DNA of 33,073 bases from a virus (Duplodnaviria; Caudoviricetes): IMG/VR virus record IMGVR_UViG_3300016476_000218, positions 1 through 33,073 of that record, one strand, 5' to 3'. Under the pieces are notes generated by a model, which ran no database searches, had not been told where the DNA came from, and saw only the letters and a list, made by a program, of their open reading frames with translations. Positions 17,946-25,519 of the stretch are shown here, in pieces. Within the stretch, counting starts at the first letter, position 1, and each line of letters begins with the position of its first letter. A program made the translations under genes and the position numbers.

Positions 17946-18866
17946 TTACTTACCTATTACGTTATCCCAAAGGTATGCGTGTACTCTTGCAGCAACATTA
18001 TATCCACGACGCAGTGCTTCATCAGCAATCCAACCTGCACTGCCATGCCCTTCCAACAAGCCCTTTTGTCCTTCAACAGTGGCACCTGCAGGCATGATCC
18101 AAACAGGATATCTTACACCAGCAGCTCGAAACTTAGCAACAGTTTCTTCCAATTCGTCCCATGCTTCCTTGCTGCCGTTAACAACGAACTTCAACTGACC
18201 TGCATCGCTCATTAAGTTATAGCCGCGAACAACTTCTGGGCAAATAGCTTTGTCTGCACGTTCACCTGCTACACTCCATAGCTTGGGACTAACACTAAAG
18301 AACACTTCGCCTGGGAACAGTCCTTTGTTAGTAAAGTGATCTAGAAATTCTGGAGTAAGTTCTTGAGTGCCATTTGTTTCAAATGTAATATACTTGGGAA
18401 CATTGCTCATTTGACGCAAGTGCTGCATGATACCGATAACAGCTTCCTGTGCATGCTTCATCAAAGGCTCACCGCCTGTAAAGCACATATGAACTTCTTG
18501 TCCACTGTTGGGATGCTTTAGCAAGCCCTGTGGATTGAGATCATTCTTGAGCAATGCTGTCATACGATCAGCAATTTCCTCAGGCGTGCCTTTGCGCTGC
18601 ATATGTTTAAACTTCTTAGCCCAGCTGTAGCTACTGTCGCAACCATAAGGAAACACAGGTAGTTCTTCCATAGTCTTATATGGAGTGGTATCTAGTGTTT
18701 CATATGGCAACACCCAACTACTGGGGTTAGTGGGTTCAACTTGTCCAAAGCCATTGCACTGCAAGTTACACAGAAAGAAGCGTAGCCAAAGTGTAGGAAC
18801 ACCTGTGTAATGTCCTTCGCCTTGCATGCTGTAGAAAATTTCGCTGTATAGATATTCTTTACTCAT
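17946..18866 (-). CDS. queE: 7-carboxy-7-deazaguanine synthase (radical SAM)
   Basis: EIFYSMQGEG, CNLQC...GCDS, FTGGEPL, FETNGT, SVSPKL, LKFVV and RVH; adjacent to queD. Confidence 0.92.
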   Translation of the reverse strand: MSKEYLYSEIFYSMQGEGHYTGVPTLWLRFFLCNLQCNGFGQVEPTNPSSWVLPYETLDTTPYKTMEELPVFPYGCDSSYSWAKKFKHMQRKGTPEEIADRMTALLKNDLNPQGLLKHPNSGQEVHMCFTGGEPLMKHAQEAVIGIMQHLRQMSNVPKYITFETNGTQELTPEFLDHFTNKGLFPGEVFFSVSPKLWSVAGERADKAICPEVVRGYNLMSDAGQLKFVVNGSKEAWDELEETVAKFRAAGVRYPVWIMPAGATVEGQKGLLEGHGSAGWIADEALRRGYNVAARVHAYLWDNVIGK

Positions 18867-19032
18867 TTGGTGTTGCTTTCTTTTCTGTAATTTCTACAGA
18901 ACCATCTGGATTAATTTTCCATTCCAATTCTGTGCCTTCTGCCCAACCCATGTCAGTTAGCAGTTCGTCTGGGAATGGCAACAGTAAGTCGCCATTCTCA
19001 TCTTGTTCCAATGTAACAGTAAAACTTTTCAT
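18859..19032 (-). CDS. AbrB/MazE-like small DNA-binding protein
   Basis: GDLLLPFPDELL...GWAEG..LEW pattern; the ATG at 19032 overlaps the queD TAA. Confidence 0.75.
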   Translation of the reverse strand: MKSFTVTLEQDENGDLLLPFPDELLTDMGWAEGTELEWKINPDGSVEITEKKATPNE

Positions 19033-19538
19033 TAGATTAGTTCTTCGTTCCATTCACGATGGCCTTCACGGTAAGCCATGTTAGCCTGTGTTTCACGAAC
19101 TTCCACACGGAAGCACCACAAACGAGCTGCTTCGCCTGGTCCCCACATGTCTGGAATATAAACGCCGTTAACATATTTGTACAGCATGTCTGCTAGACTT
19201 TCGCAACCTAGCTTGGGAAGAATGGTTAGTTTAGCCATCTTCTTTTCCTGTAGCAATTTGAATGTAGCCAACTCAGGATCATCTTCTGCTACCAGCAATG
19301 TGTGATCGAATTGATCTTCCAATGTCTTTTTAAGTTCTTTAAGACCGCCGTAGTCAGCTGCCCAGTTGCGAACATCCAGATCATTTGTTCCAAAATAGAA
19401 CTTCATTGAAAAACTATAACCATGAATCATATTACAATGACTGTCTGCACGCCACTGTCTATATGCACAAGGAAAAGCATCATGGTATTCTTTGGTACTT
19501 ACATATTTGTAAGTGATAGGTGTGTTATTAATCGCCAT
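19032..19538 (-). CDS. queD: 6-carboxy-5,6,7,8-tetrahydropterin synthase (QueD/PTPS family)
   Basis: CNMIHGY, DYGGLK, FDH, ESLA and VEVRET; GGAGG SD. Confidence 0.88.
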   Translation of the reverse strand: MAINNTPITYKYVSTKEYHDAFPCAYRQWRADSHCNMIHGYSFSMKFYFGTNDLDVRNWAADYGGLKELKKTLEDQFDHTLLVAEDDPELATFKLLQEKKMAKLTILPKLGCESLADMLYKYVNGVYIPDMWGPGEAARLWCFRVEVRETQANMAYREGHREWNEELI

Positions 19539-19544
19539 CTCTTG

Positions 19545-19614
19545 CCTCCATATTAGCGAGTAAGTGTGATGACACGCAGAATGTTTATAGAGGGATGAGC
19601 GTCAAAGGCCTCTA
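19545..19614 (-). ncRNA. Candidate preQ1-I-like riboswitch variant (H-type pseudoknot) in the queD leader
   Basis: Minus-strand RNA UAGAGG-CCUUUGACGCUCAUC-CCUCUA-UAAACAUUCUGCGUGUCA...UAUGGAGG-caagag-AUG. It has a 6-bp P1, loop UGACGC pairs with downstream GUGUCA, and it lies upstream of a deazaguanine biosynthesis gene. Confidence 0.6.
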
Positions 19615-19617
19615 GCA

Positions 19618-19830
19618 TTACTTAGTGTCTTTATTTCGTTGTTGATTATAGCATAATAAAAGAAAAACGCAATATTGATCCCACAATTCTCTTAGTGCAG
19701 GATATTCTTCCATCATTTTAAATTGGGTATATAATGGAATATCAAATACAGGACTGTCACCGAGATATTTTTCAGCACCTCGGTACCACTGTCCGATAGC
19801 AAACAGATCCCAATCTCTTTTGCTAGTCAC
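19618..19830 (-). CDS. Hypothetical protein
   Basis: 70 aa ORF with a GTG start, filling the gap within the operon. Confidence 0.55.
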   Translation of the reverse strand: MTSKRDWDLFAIGQWYRGAEKYLGDSPVFDIPLYTQFKMMEEYPALRELWDQYCVFLLLCYNQQRNKDTK

Positions 19831-19831
19831 G

Positions 19832-20494
19832 TTAGTCTTTCCACATTTCAGCTCTTTTGGTCAACATACACAGATAAAACTTTTCTGTTTGTTGTACGGG
19901 TGTTCCACTTTGATCGTCAGTTAAATCAAATGTGAATTGCTTGATATATTCCACATCAAAGCCTGCTTTGACAAATAAGTTAGCCCACATTTCATTGCCC
20001 ATAATTGAATAATGATTGCCATTTTCTTCATGCTTACGATCGGTGCGCTCAGCAGGTACTTCTACATACATCTGATGATTATTTTTCAACAGACGGTTAT
20101 ATTCTAATAATGTAAAGAACGGAAATACGCTATGTTCTAAACTGTGTCTACACCAAATAAAGTCTGCATAGTCATTTGGCAAATCGATAAAAGTAAAATC
20201 ACTTTTCAGTGTCTTCAAATCTGCTTTATTGCACTCAGCAATATCTTCATCGTTAAGAGTGATACCTAAAACATCATTGTATCCAAAGTTACGCATGGCT
20301 CGCATGAAATAGCCACTGCCGCAACCAACATCTAATATTTTACTGTCCTTGGGCAAGTTTAACGGCAACAGTATATCATTAATTACACTGTCGATAATCT
20401 TGTTGTGAAAGTTAGGAGTTTCTGGTTCATGATAAACTGTGTCTTGCACAATTTTTATAAACCGTTTAAATTTTTCGTATTCGTGATCCATCAA
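19832..20494 (-). CDS. Class I SAM-dependent methyltransferase
   Basis: ILDVGCGSG motif I, DFIWCRHSLEH and YNRLLK...YVEVP. Confidence 0.9.
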   Translation of the reverse strand: MMDHEYEKFKRFIKIVQDTVYHEPETPNFHNKIIDSVINDILLPLNLPKDSKILDVGCGSGYFMRAMRNFGYNDVLGITLNDEDIAECNKADLKTLKSDFTFIDLPNDYADFIWCRHSLEHSVFPFFTLLEYNRLLKNNHQMYVEVPAERTDRKHEENGNHYSIMGNEMWANLFVKAGFDVEYIKQFTFDLTDDQSGTPVQQTEKFYLCMLTKRAEMWKD

Positions 20495-20787
20495 CGCATT
20501 CCGTTTCGCATGATTTCCATAGTAATGATTTGGCTAAGTCGTTCGGCAAAATCTTCTTGTTCTGTAATAACGTGTAGGCTATTCATGTTGCGATCCTTAA
20601 CAGGATCATAATGGCGAAACTCAACAATCTTTCCACCATCTGCTTGATAGATAGTCATGTTAAGTCCGTTGCTGTTTAATCCATCGTAGGGTCTGATTGC
20701 ATTAGAAGGAACAGCAACAGGTAAGCTATGTGCATTGTCCCATGCTTGTTTACATTTTTTAGCAAACCACTTATCAAACCATTTCAT
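20491..20787 (-). CDS. Hypothetical phage protein
   Basis: 98 aa ORF with 4-nt overlaps on both sides. Confidence 0.7.
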   Translation of the reverse strand: MKWFDKWFAKKCKQAWDNAHSLPVAVPSNAIRPYDGLNSNGLNMTIYQADGGKIVEFRHYDPVKDRNMNSLHVITEQEDFAERLSQIITMEIMRNGMR

Positions 20788-20987
20788 TTAGATTTTTCCT
20801 TAGCCATTGCAAAACTTTTCTTAACTAATTCTCTGCCTAACTTTTCGTATATTTCAGCTTCGGTTAAGCCTTGTGTTTCTTTAGTGCTGGTAACGTACAG
20901 CGTTAAAGGAATACTGGCTGTGAACTGCACTTCTGGTTGAAATGTTTCAGGATTACTTTTGATTTCTGCTGATAATACGGTAATCAT
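20784..20987 (-). CDS. Hypothetical protein
   Basis: 67 aa ORF; its ATG overlaps the TGA of the orphaned folE tail. Confidence 0.65.
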   Translation of the reverse strand: MITVLSAEIKSNPETFQPEVQFTASIPLTLYVTSTKETQGLTEAEIYEKLGRELVKKSFAMAKEKSK

Positions 20988-21015
20988 CTAGGAGCCCAAT
21001 CCTGTTGTAACTTGA
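20984..21015 (-). pseudogene. Orphaned duplicate of the folE 3' end (KLQQDWAPR*)
   Basis: AAG TTA CAA CAG GAT TGG GCT CCT AGA TGA versus the folE end KLQQDFSPR*; a 17/18 nt direct repeat at 20998-21015 and 21681-21698. Confidence 0.85.
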
Positions 21016-21080
21016 ATATAATATACATACTTTTCACAACATCCATTTTATTAAATAATAATAACAAAAAGGTGCAGTGT

Positions 21081-21698
21081 ATGTCTATATTTTTAGAGAA
21101 CAAATATACTAACTTATATTTTTCAATAATTGAGTCAGCCAAAGCAAAGAATAGAATCAAACAAGTTGGGGATGGATTACAAACACATCACATTGTTCCA
21201 AGATGCATGGGAGGAAATGACTCTGATGCTAATTTAGTTGTGTTAACTTATAAAGAACATAGACTGTGCCATAAATTATTAATCAAAATAACTGATAAAG
21301 AGTATAAGCATAAAATGATGTATGCTTACTTACTATTTGATAAAACGTATGATACTTCTAAAATGCAAAGTCCGCAAATGTATTGCACTGAAGAATCTTA
21401 TCAAAAAATGGTAGAAACACGAAAAAGAAAAGGATCATATAGGAGAGGAAAAGACAATATATTTTCCTCTCCAAAAATAGTTGAACAAGTTAGAAATAGG
21501 ATGCTTAATGACAACCCTATGAAAAAACCTGAACAACGAAAAAGAATGCAGCAGCAAAATAATAATCCAAATTGTAGGCCTGTACAAATTAACGGACAAA
21601 TATTTCCTTCAATTGGTGCTGCTGCGAGACATTTTCAAACCTCCCCGTATAAACTTCGTAAAAAGTTTAACGTGGAGAGAAATCCTGCTGTAACTTGA
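21081..21698 (+). mobile_element. Free-standing HNH homing endonuclease inserted at the folE 3' end
   Basis: HHIVPRCMGG.D...NLVVLTYKEHRLCHKLL core and a C-terminal NUMOD1-like INGQIFPSIGAAARHF. It is AT-rich and on the opposite strand to the operon. The start at 21081 follows TAAATA (21052-21057) and AAGGTG. Confidence 0.9.
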
Positions 21699-22353
21699 TG
21701 TTGTCAAAAAATTCTTTTTTCGTACCAACATCATCTTTAAAAGCACCTTTTAACACAGTAGTCTGTGTCAGTGAACTATGTGCCATAATGCCCCTATTTT
21801 CGCAGCATCCGTGTTGAGCCTGGATATAAACACCAACATCTTCACTGCCCGTTGCCTTCATAATCTCACGAGCAATATCGTTGCAAAGTTCTTCTTGTAA
21901 TGTGCCACGCCGAGCGCACCACTGTGCAATGCGGGTATATTTGCTAAGACCAATTAGCTTTTTGGCAGCGATAATACCAATATAAGCAACCCCGCTAACA
22001 GGCTGATGATGGTGGCTACATACACTGCGTAACTCACTACGCACAACCAACATACCTTCGTAACGTTCTTCGCTATCATTCGGAAACGCTGTAGCATCTG
22101 GTGCACTCTCATATCTCCCGCTCATAATTTCGTTGACATACATTTTAGCCAAACGACGACCTGTGCCCATGCTGTTGGGATCAGTTTCTCTGTCAATAAC
22201 AAGACTGTCCAATACTGCATCAAAACGCTTGTGCAGTTCGTCGATTAGCTGATCTTTTTCTTCTGGCTGGATATATTGACTGATGTTATCACCTGCCCAA
22301 TAACGTGCACCTGCTGCCTTAATACGATTACGAATAGTTTCTGATACTGACAT
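21667..22353 (-). CDS. folE: GTP cyclohydrolase I
   Basis: RRLAKMY, SVCSHH, IGLSKYTR, LQEEL and AQHGCCENRG. Confidence 0.95.
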   Translation of the reverse strand: MSVSETIRNRIKAAGARYWAGDNISQYIQPEEKDQLIDELHKRFDAVLDSLVIDRETDPNSMGTGRRLAKMYVNEIMSGRYESAPDATAFPNDSEERYEGMLVVRSELRSVCSHHHQPVSGVAYIGIIAAKKLIGLSKYTRIAQWCARRGTLQEELCNDIAREIMKATGSEDVGVYIQAQHGCCENRGIMAHSSLTQTTVLKGAFKDDVGTKKEFFDNIKLQQDFSPR

Positions 22354-22373
22354 TCTTAACTCCAGTTGTTTGT

Positions 22374-22402
22374 ATTATACGATATTTAGGATCGTGGTGC
22401 AA
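22374..22402 (-). promoter_or_regulatory. Sigma70-like promoter for folE
   Basis: TTGCAC (22397-22402), 17 nt spacer, TATAAT (22374-22379); GGAG SD near 22360. Confidence 0.6.
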
Positions 22403-23492
22403 TATTGCTGTATTTTTTAATTGCGTTATATAATTCTCGTCCGTCAAAGAACTTGTCTGCCCATACTGCACTTTGCTTTGCAGCGTGACTTAAATGATCT
22501 TCGCTGTTATTCATTGTCTGACGGATAATATTGATCAAAAGATGTTTGTTGCGTTCATACGCTTCCCAGTTGTCTGTCCATTCGCTAGGATATAAGTTAC
22601 CATCTTCCCACATTTCGTTATAGCTAAGACGATCTGGAACAATAGGATATGTGCCAACTAGTGCACCTTCATACATGCTGATGCCCAGTGTTTCCTGCAG
22701 GTTAGCACTGAACACAATCTTGCTTTCTGCCAAATGCGTATGATATTCGTCTTTGGTTAGCTTGTGTTCTTGTGCAACAAACCATTCATATTCTGGCAGT
22801 TCAGCAGCAAGGTCCTTAAAGATATCCAATTGCTTTTCGGGAGCAAGTCTGTGTGGGAAGATAATCTTGTTCTTCTTGGGTGTGTTAGCATACGGCGCCA
22901 GTATATCTTTAAGATATTCCATGGGCCAACCAACAATCTTAACGCTGGGATAGAGCTGCATTAGTTCTTCAGCAGCGTCATCATCAAACAGTGGATCAAT
23001 ATCAAACAGGTTTTCTGCAAACATGTTGACATGGAAGCGTGTGGCAAAGAAGTTGTCGTCATAGCAGTTGAACATACTGAACTCTGCATTACGCACCCAA
23101 GGTTTGTTGCCAATCAAACGACCAAGAAAGTCTTGAGGATCATAACTGCCAGCATGCCACATACCGCCAATGCGGATCTTAATACCCAACAGTTCTGCCA
23201 TATATTTTAGCTGTATAACAGTGGGGTTCCAAGCATCTGTGTAAAGGAAATAGTCGCCGTCCTTGATATTACCAAAGCTAAACTCACGACTAATTTCCAA
23301 CATTTGTTGGCTTTTATAATTGTTTGTGGCAGCAAAGTTCAAAAACGCCCCAGGAGTTGTTTCCATTGGGACGTTGCCACCGCTGATGACTGTAACAGGA
23401 ACACCAGCTGCTTCCAGCTGCTTGGGCAAGTGTTCTTTCCACTGCTTGGTATAACGTGTATCTACTGCTTCTAAATCTACCAAATATAACAT
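22386..23492 (-). CDS. GT-B fold (GT4-like) glycosyltransferase
   Basis: IIFPHRLAPEKQ and the EX7E motif ETLGISMYE followed by PIVPDRLSY.E. Confidence 0.8.
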   Translation of the reverse strand: MLYLVDLEAVDTRYTKQWKEHLPKQLEAAGVPVTVISGGNVPMETTPGAFLNFAATNNYKSQQMLEISREFSFGNIKDGDYFLYTDAWNPTVIQLKYMAELLGIKIRIGGMWHAGSYDPQDFLGRLIGNKPWVRNAEFSMFNCYDDNFFATRFHVNMFAENLFDIDPLFDDDAAEELMQLYPSVKIVGWPMEYLKDILAPYANTPKKNKIIFPHRLAPEKQLDIFKDLAAELPEYEWFVAQEHKLTKDEYHTHLAESKIVFSANLQETLGISMYEGALVGTYPIVPDRLSYNEMWEDGNLYPSEWTDNWEAYERNKHLLINIIRQTMNNSEDHLSHAAKQSAVWADKFFDGRELYNAIKKYSNIAPRS

Positions 23493-23666
23493 TTACTTCT
23501 TCTTTTTAAGTTGTTCTTCTTTAATATCGTTAACGATTTTGTTAATCAACGGTTCAAACCAAGGATTACGTTCCATAATTTCATCAATAACTTCGTCTAG
23601 TTCTTCAAGGCTACGAAGTTTATATTCGACGCCGTCAATTACACGGATATTTTCTTTATCGTCCAT
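23493..23666 (-). CDS. Small hypothetical protein (57 aa), absent from the ORF track
   Basis: MDDKENIRVIDGVEYKLRSLEELDEVIDEIMERNPWFEPLINKIVNDIKEEQLKKKK*; it fills the gap and its TAA abuts the glycosyltransferase ATG. Confidence 0.7.
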   Translation of the reverse strand: MDDKENIRVIDGVEYKLRSLEELDEVIDEIMERNPWFEPLINKIVNDIKEEQLKKKK

Positions 23667-23961
23667 TGTACCAATCGCTTCCTAACCATTTGATAACAGC
23701 AATAGTAGCATTGCCTTGATCTTTAAATTTTACTACAATCTCGTTATAACTTTCAAGAGTTTTCCTGTTGTCAAAAACGAAATCTTGATGTTGTTTTAAT
23801 TCCATTTGATCTAACATAGCCTTAACTCTATTTAGGTTCAGATATCTAGTGTAGCCTTTTGATCCAATAAATTTCTTATGCGAAAATGGAAAAGCGACCT
23901 GTTGCCAGGCCGCTGTAATGTCTTCCAATTGAATTGGTATGAAGTCGTCCGGGCTGGACAT
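23656..23961 (-). CDS. Hypothetical protein
   Basis: 101 aa ORF within the operon. Confidence 0.65.
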   Translation of the reverse strand: MSSPDDFIPIQLEDITAAWQQVAFPFSHKKFIGSKGYTRYLNLNRVKAMLDQMELKQHQDFVFDNRKTLESYNEIVVKFKDQGNATIAVIKWLGSDWYNGR

Positions 23962-23967
23962 CAGTTA

Positions 23968-24162
23968 TCAGTTGGACATTGTCCGGGAATCTTCTTCCCA
24001 GTTGTTTACAACACGATCTCCACGCTTGAAGCGTTCATACTGTGACCATACAGTATTGCGCTTGTAGAGATCCTTCTCATTGAACACATACCCAAAATCG
24101 CGACAAAAGTTGCGATAGGCGTCGAGATCGTCAAATACTTTGTTAACTAGCTTGTTCTTCAT
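23968..24162 (-). CDS. Small hypothetical phage protein
   Basis: VFDDLDAYRNFCRDFGYVFNEKDLY; the start is probably MKNK, just after the upstream stop. Confidence 0.7.
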   Translation of the reverse strand: MKNKLVNKVFDDLDAYRNFCRDFGYVFNEKDLYKRNTVWSQYERFKRGDRVVNNWEEDSRTMSN

Positions 24163-24164
24163 GT

Positions 24165-24656
24165 TTAGTGTTCCCACTTGATTTTACAACCGTTTTCGTT
24201 ATCTTCGCTAACTTCAATAACCACTGTCCTGCCCGGATACTTCTTTGCGATTTGAACGTAGAGGTCTTCTGCAATCATTTCACAACTCTTGTAGTCAAGT
24301 TGTAAGATAGCACTGCTATACAACTTTGTCAACCAGCGTTGAAACTGGATGAATTCAATGTCACGATCATTGTGGTTAACAGCGATCATAACACGGAAAT
24401 GGAATGTGTGACGATGTGGGTAGCCCAAAAAGCTAACATCATACTCATCGCCTGTCTTTAGCTTTGGATCCGTAAGTGCTGCTGGATACTTATGGATGCC
24501 TTCTTTTTGAAACGTAACCCAAATAAAACGCTTGGGTTCTACTTTGCCTTTTGGCAAACTAACAACCATTGGGCTAACAACATCCACATCATATGCATAA
24601 TCATATGACTTACTTGCACGATTAAAAATGTCTTTTACTTTTGTCCAAATGCTCAT
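24165..24656 (-). CDS. T-fold QueD paralogue, DpdL-like (putative CDG decarboxylase)
   Basis: EGIHKYP, LGYPHRHTF (LxxxHRHxF), DRDIEFI, SCEMIA and VSEDNENG; a second QueD-like gene in a folE/queD/queE/dpdA context. Confidence 0.7.
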   Translation of the reverse strand: MSIWTKVKDIFNRASKSYDYAYDVDVVSPMVVSLPKGKVEPKRFIWVTFQKEGIHKYPAALTDPKLKTGDEYDVSFLGYPHRHTFHFRVMIAVNHNDRDIEFIQFQRWLTKLYSSAILQLDYKSCEMIAEDLYVQIAKKYPGRTVVIEVSEDNENGCKIKWEH

Positions 24657-24955
24657 TTTAGGTCCTTGATACGGGTTTCATAATCTTTGATAATTGCCTT
24701 GAGACGCGGAACATCCTTGTGTCTCAATAGTGTGCTGCTATACCATTCGTTACTGTTGCCAGTGAACAAATACTTTAGTGCTAGTGAAAGTCTGCGATAC
24801 CAAGGCAGTTCCGAACTGGCTTGTATATAAAAAGTCAAATCAACTTCGTGTTCTTCAGTTGGACTGTCTACCCACTGATAAATGCTCACCCTCATTAGGT
24901 GATCCAAACTGTGACATTCACAGTCAAAAAATTCGTGTCTATCTTCGTTTTTCAT
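24653..24955 (-). CDS. Hypothetical protein (CxCH...H motif)
   Basis: 100 aa ORF with an ATGA overlap downstream and its own promoter. Confidence 0.7.
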   Translation of the reverse strand: MKNEDRHEFFDCECHSLDHLMRVSIYQWVDSPTEEHEVDLTFYIQASSELPWYRRLSLALKYLFTGNSNEWYSSTLLRHKDVPRLKAIIKDYETRIKDLK

Positions 24956-24961
24956 AGTATC

Positions 24962-24989
24962 ACTATAACAGATTTGAAGTAACTGTCAA
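24962..24989 (-). promoter_or_regulatory. Sigma70-like promoter, leaderless geometry
   Basis: TTGACA (24984-24989), 16 nt spacer, TGt-TATAGT (24962-24967), 6 nt, ATG (24955). Confidence 0.65.
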
Positions 24990-24994
24990 CTGTT

Positions 24995-25519
24995 TTATTT
25001 GATAATCTTATCTTGAACATATAATGACCAATGTGTAAACTTGTCACGCTTTAACAGTTCGTTTACGGGCCAACTCCAAACGCCCGGATTGCTCTTATCA
25101 AAATCGATATCATCAATCTTTAGTGTGGCATTGTTATTAAACTGGCGCACATAGCCGATCTTTACACTGATCATAGGCACAAACTTGTTATGCTTGGCGC
25201 AGGTCATTTGGTGTACACCAGGGCTATGCCAAACATCAAAGTCCAAAGTAGCCCAATAGCCTGCATCTAGCACTGCCATAATCATATTGTCCCAAGCATC
25301 GTACTCGATATCTTTTTCGCTTTTGGGATTAAAGCTGGTGGCTGTACCAAAGTAAACTGCTTCTACGTTATGCTCTTTGGCTAGCTGTAGAATTTCCTCA
25401 ATAGGCTGTATGCCTACGACAAACAGAGTAAGCACACCATAAAGCGGTGTGTGTTCTACTTCTGGACCAACAAAGTAAGTAACGCCGCTGGTCTTGGTTC
25501 CTTCATAAATTCTATACAT
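24995..25519 (-). CDS. Hypothetical protein in the dpdA operon
   Basis: 174 aa ORF, TAATG-coupled to the dehydrogenase; enzyme-like segments GPEVEHTP and KIDDIDFDKSNPGVW. Confidence 0.75.
   Translation of the reverse strand: MYRIYEGTKTSGVTYFVGPEVEHTPLYGVLTLFVVGIQPIEEILQLAKEHNVEAVYFGTATSFNPKSEKDIEYDAWDNMIMAVLDAGYWATLDFDVWHSPGVHQMTCAKHNKFVPMISVKIGYVRQFNNNATLKIDDIDFDKSNPGVWSWPVNELLKRDKFTHWSLYVQDKIIK

Noticed and set aside
21012-21080. N-terminal extension of the second HNH ORF from TTG 21012
   Set aside because: Low-complexity translation of an AT-rich promoter region; the ATG at 21081 aligns with the start of the other HNH (IFLENKYT vs RFLENRYT).
21014-21696. Group I intron in folE carrying the HNH
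   Set aside because: The HNH is antisense, folE already has a complete tail and stop before the insert, and only about 65 nt of non-coding AT-rich sequence remains, too little for a ribozyme core.
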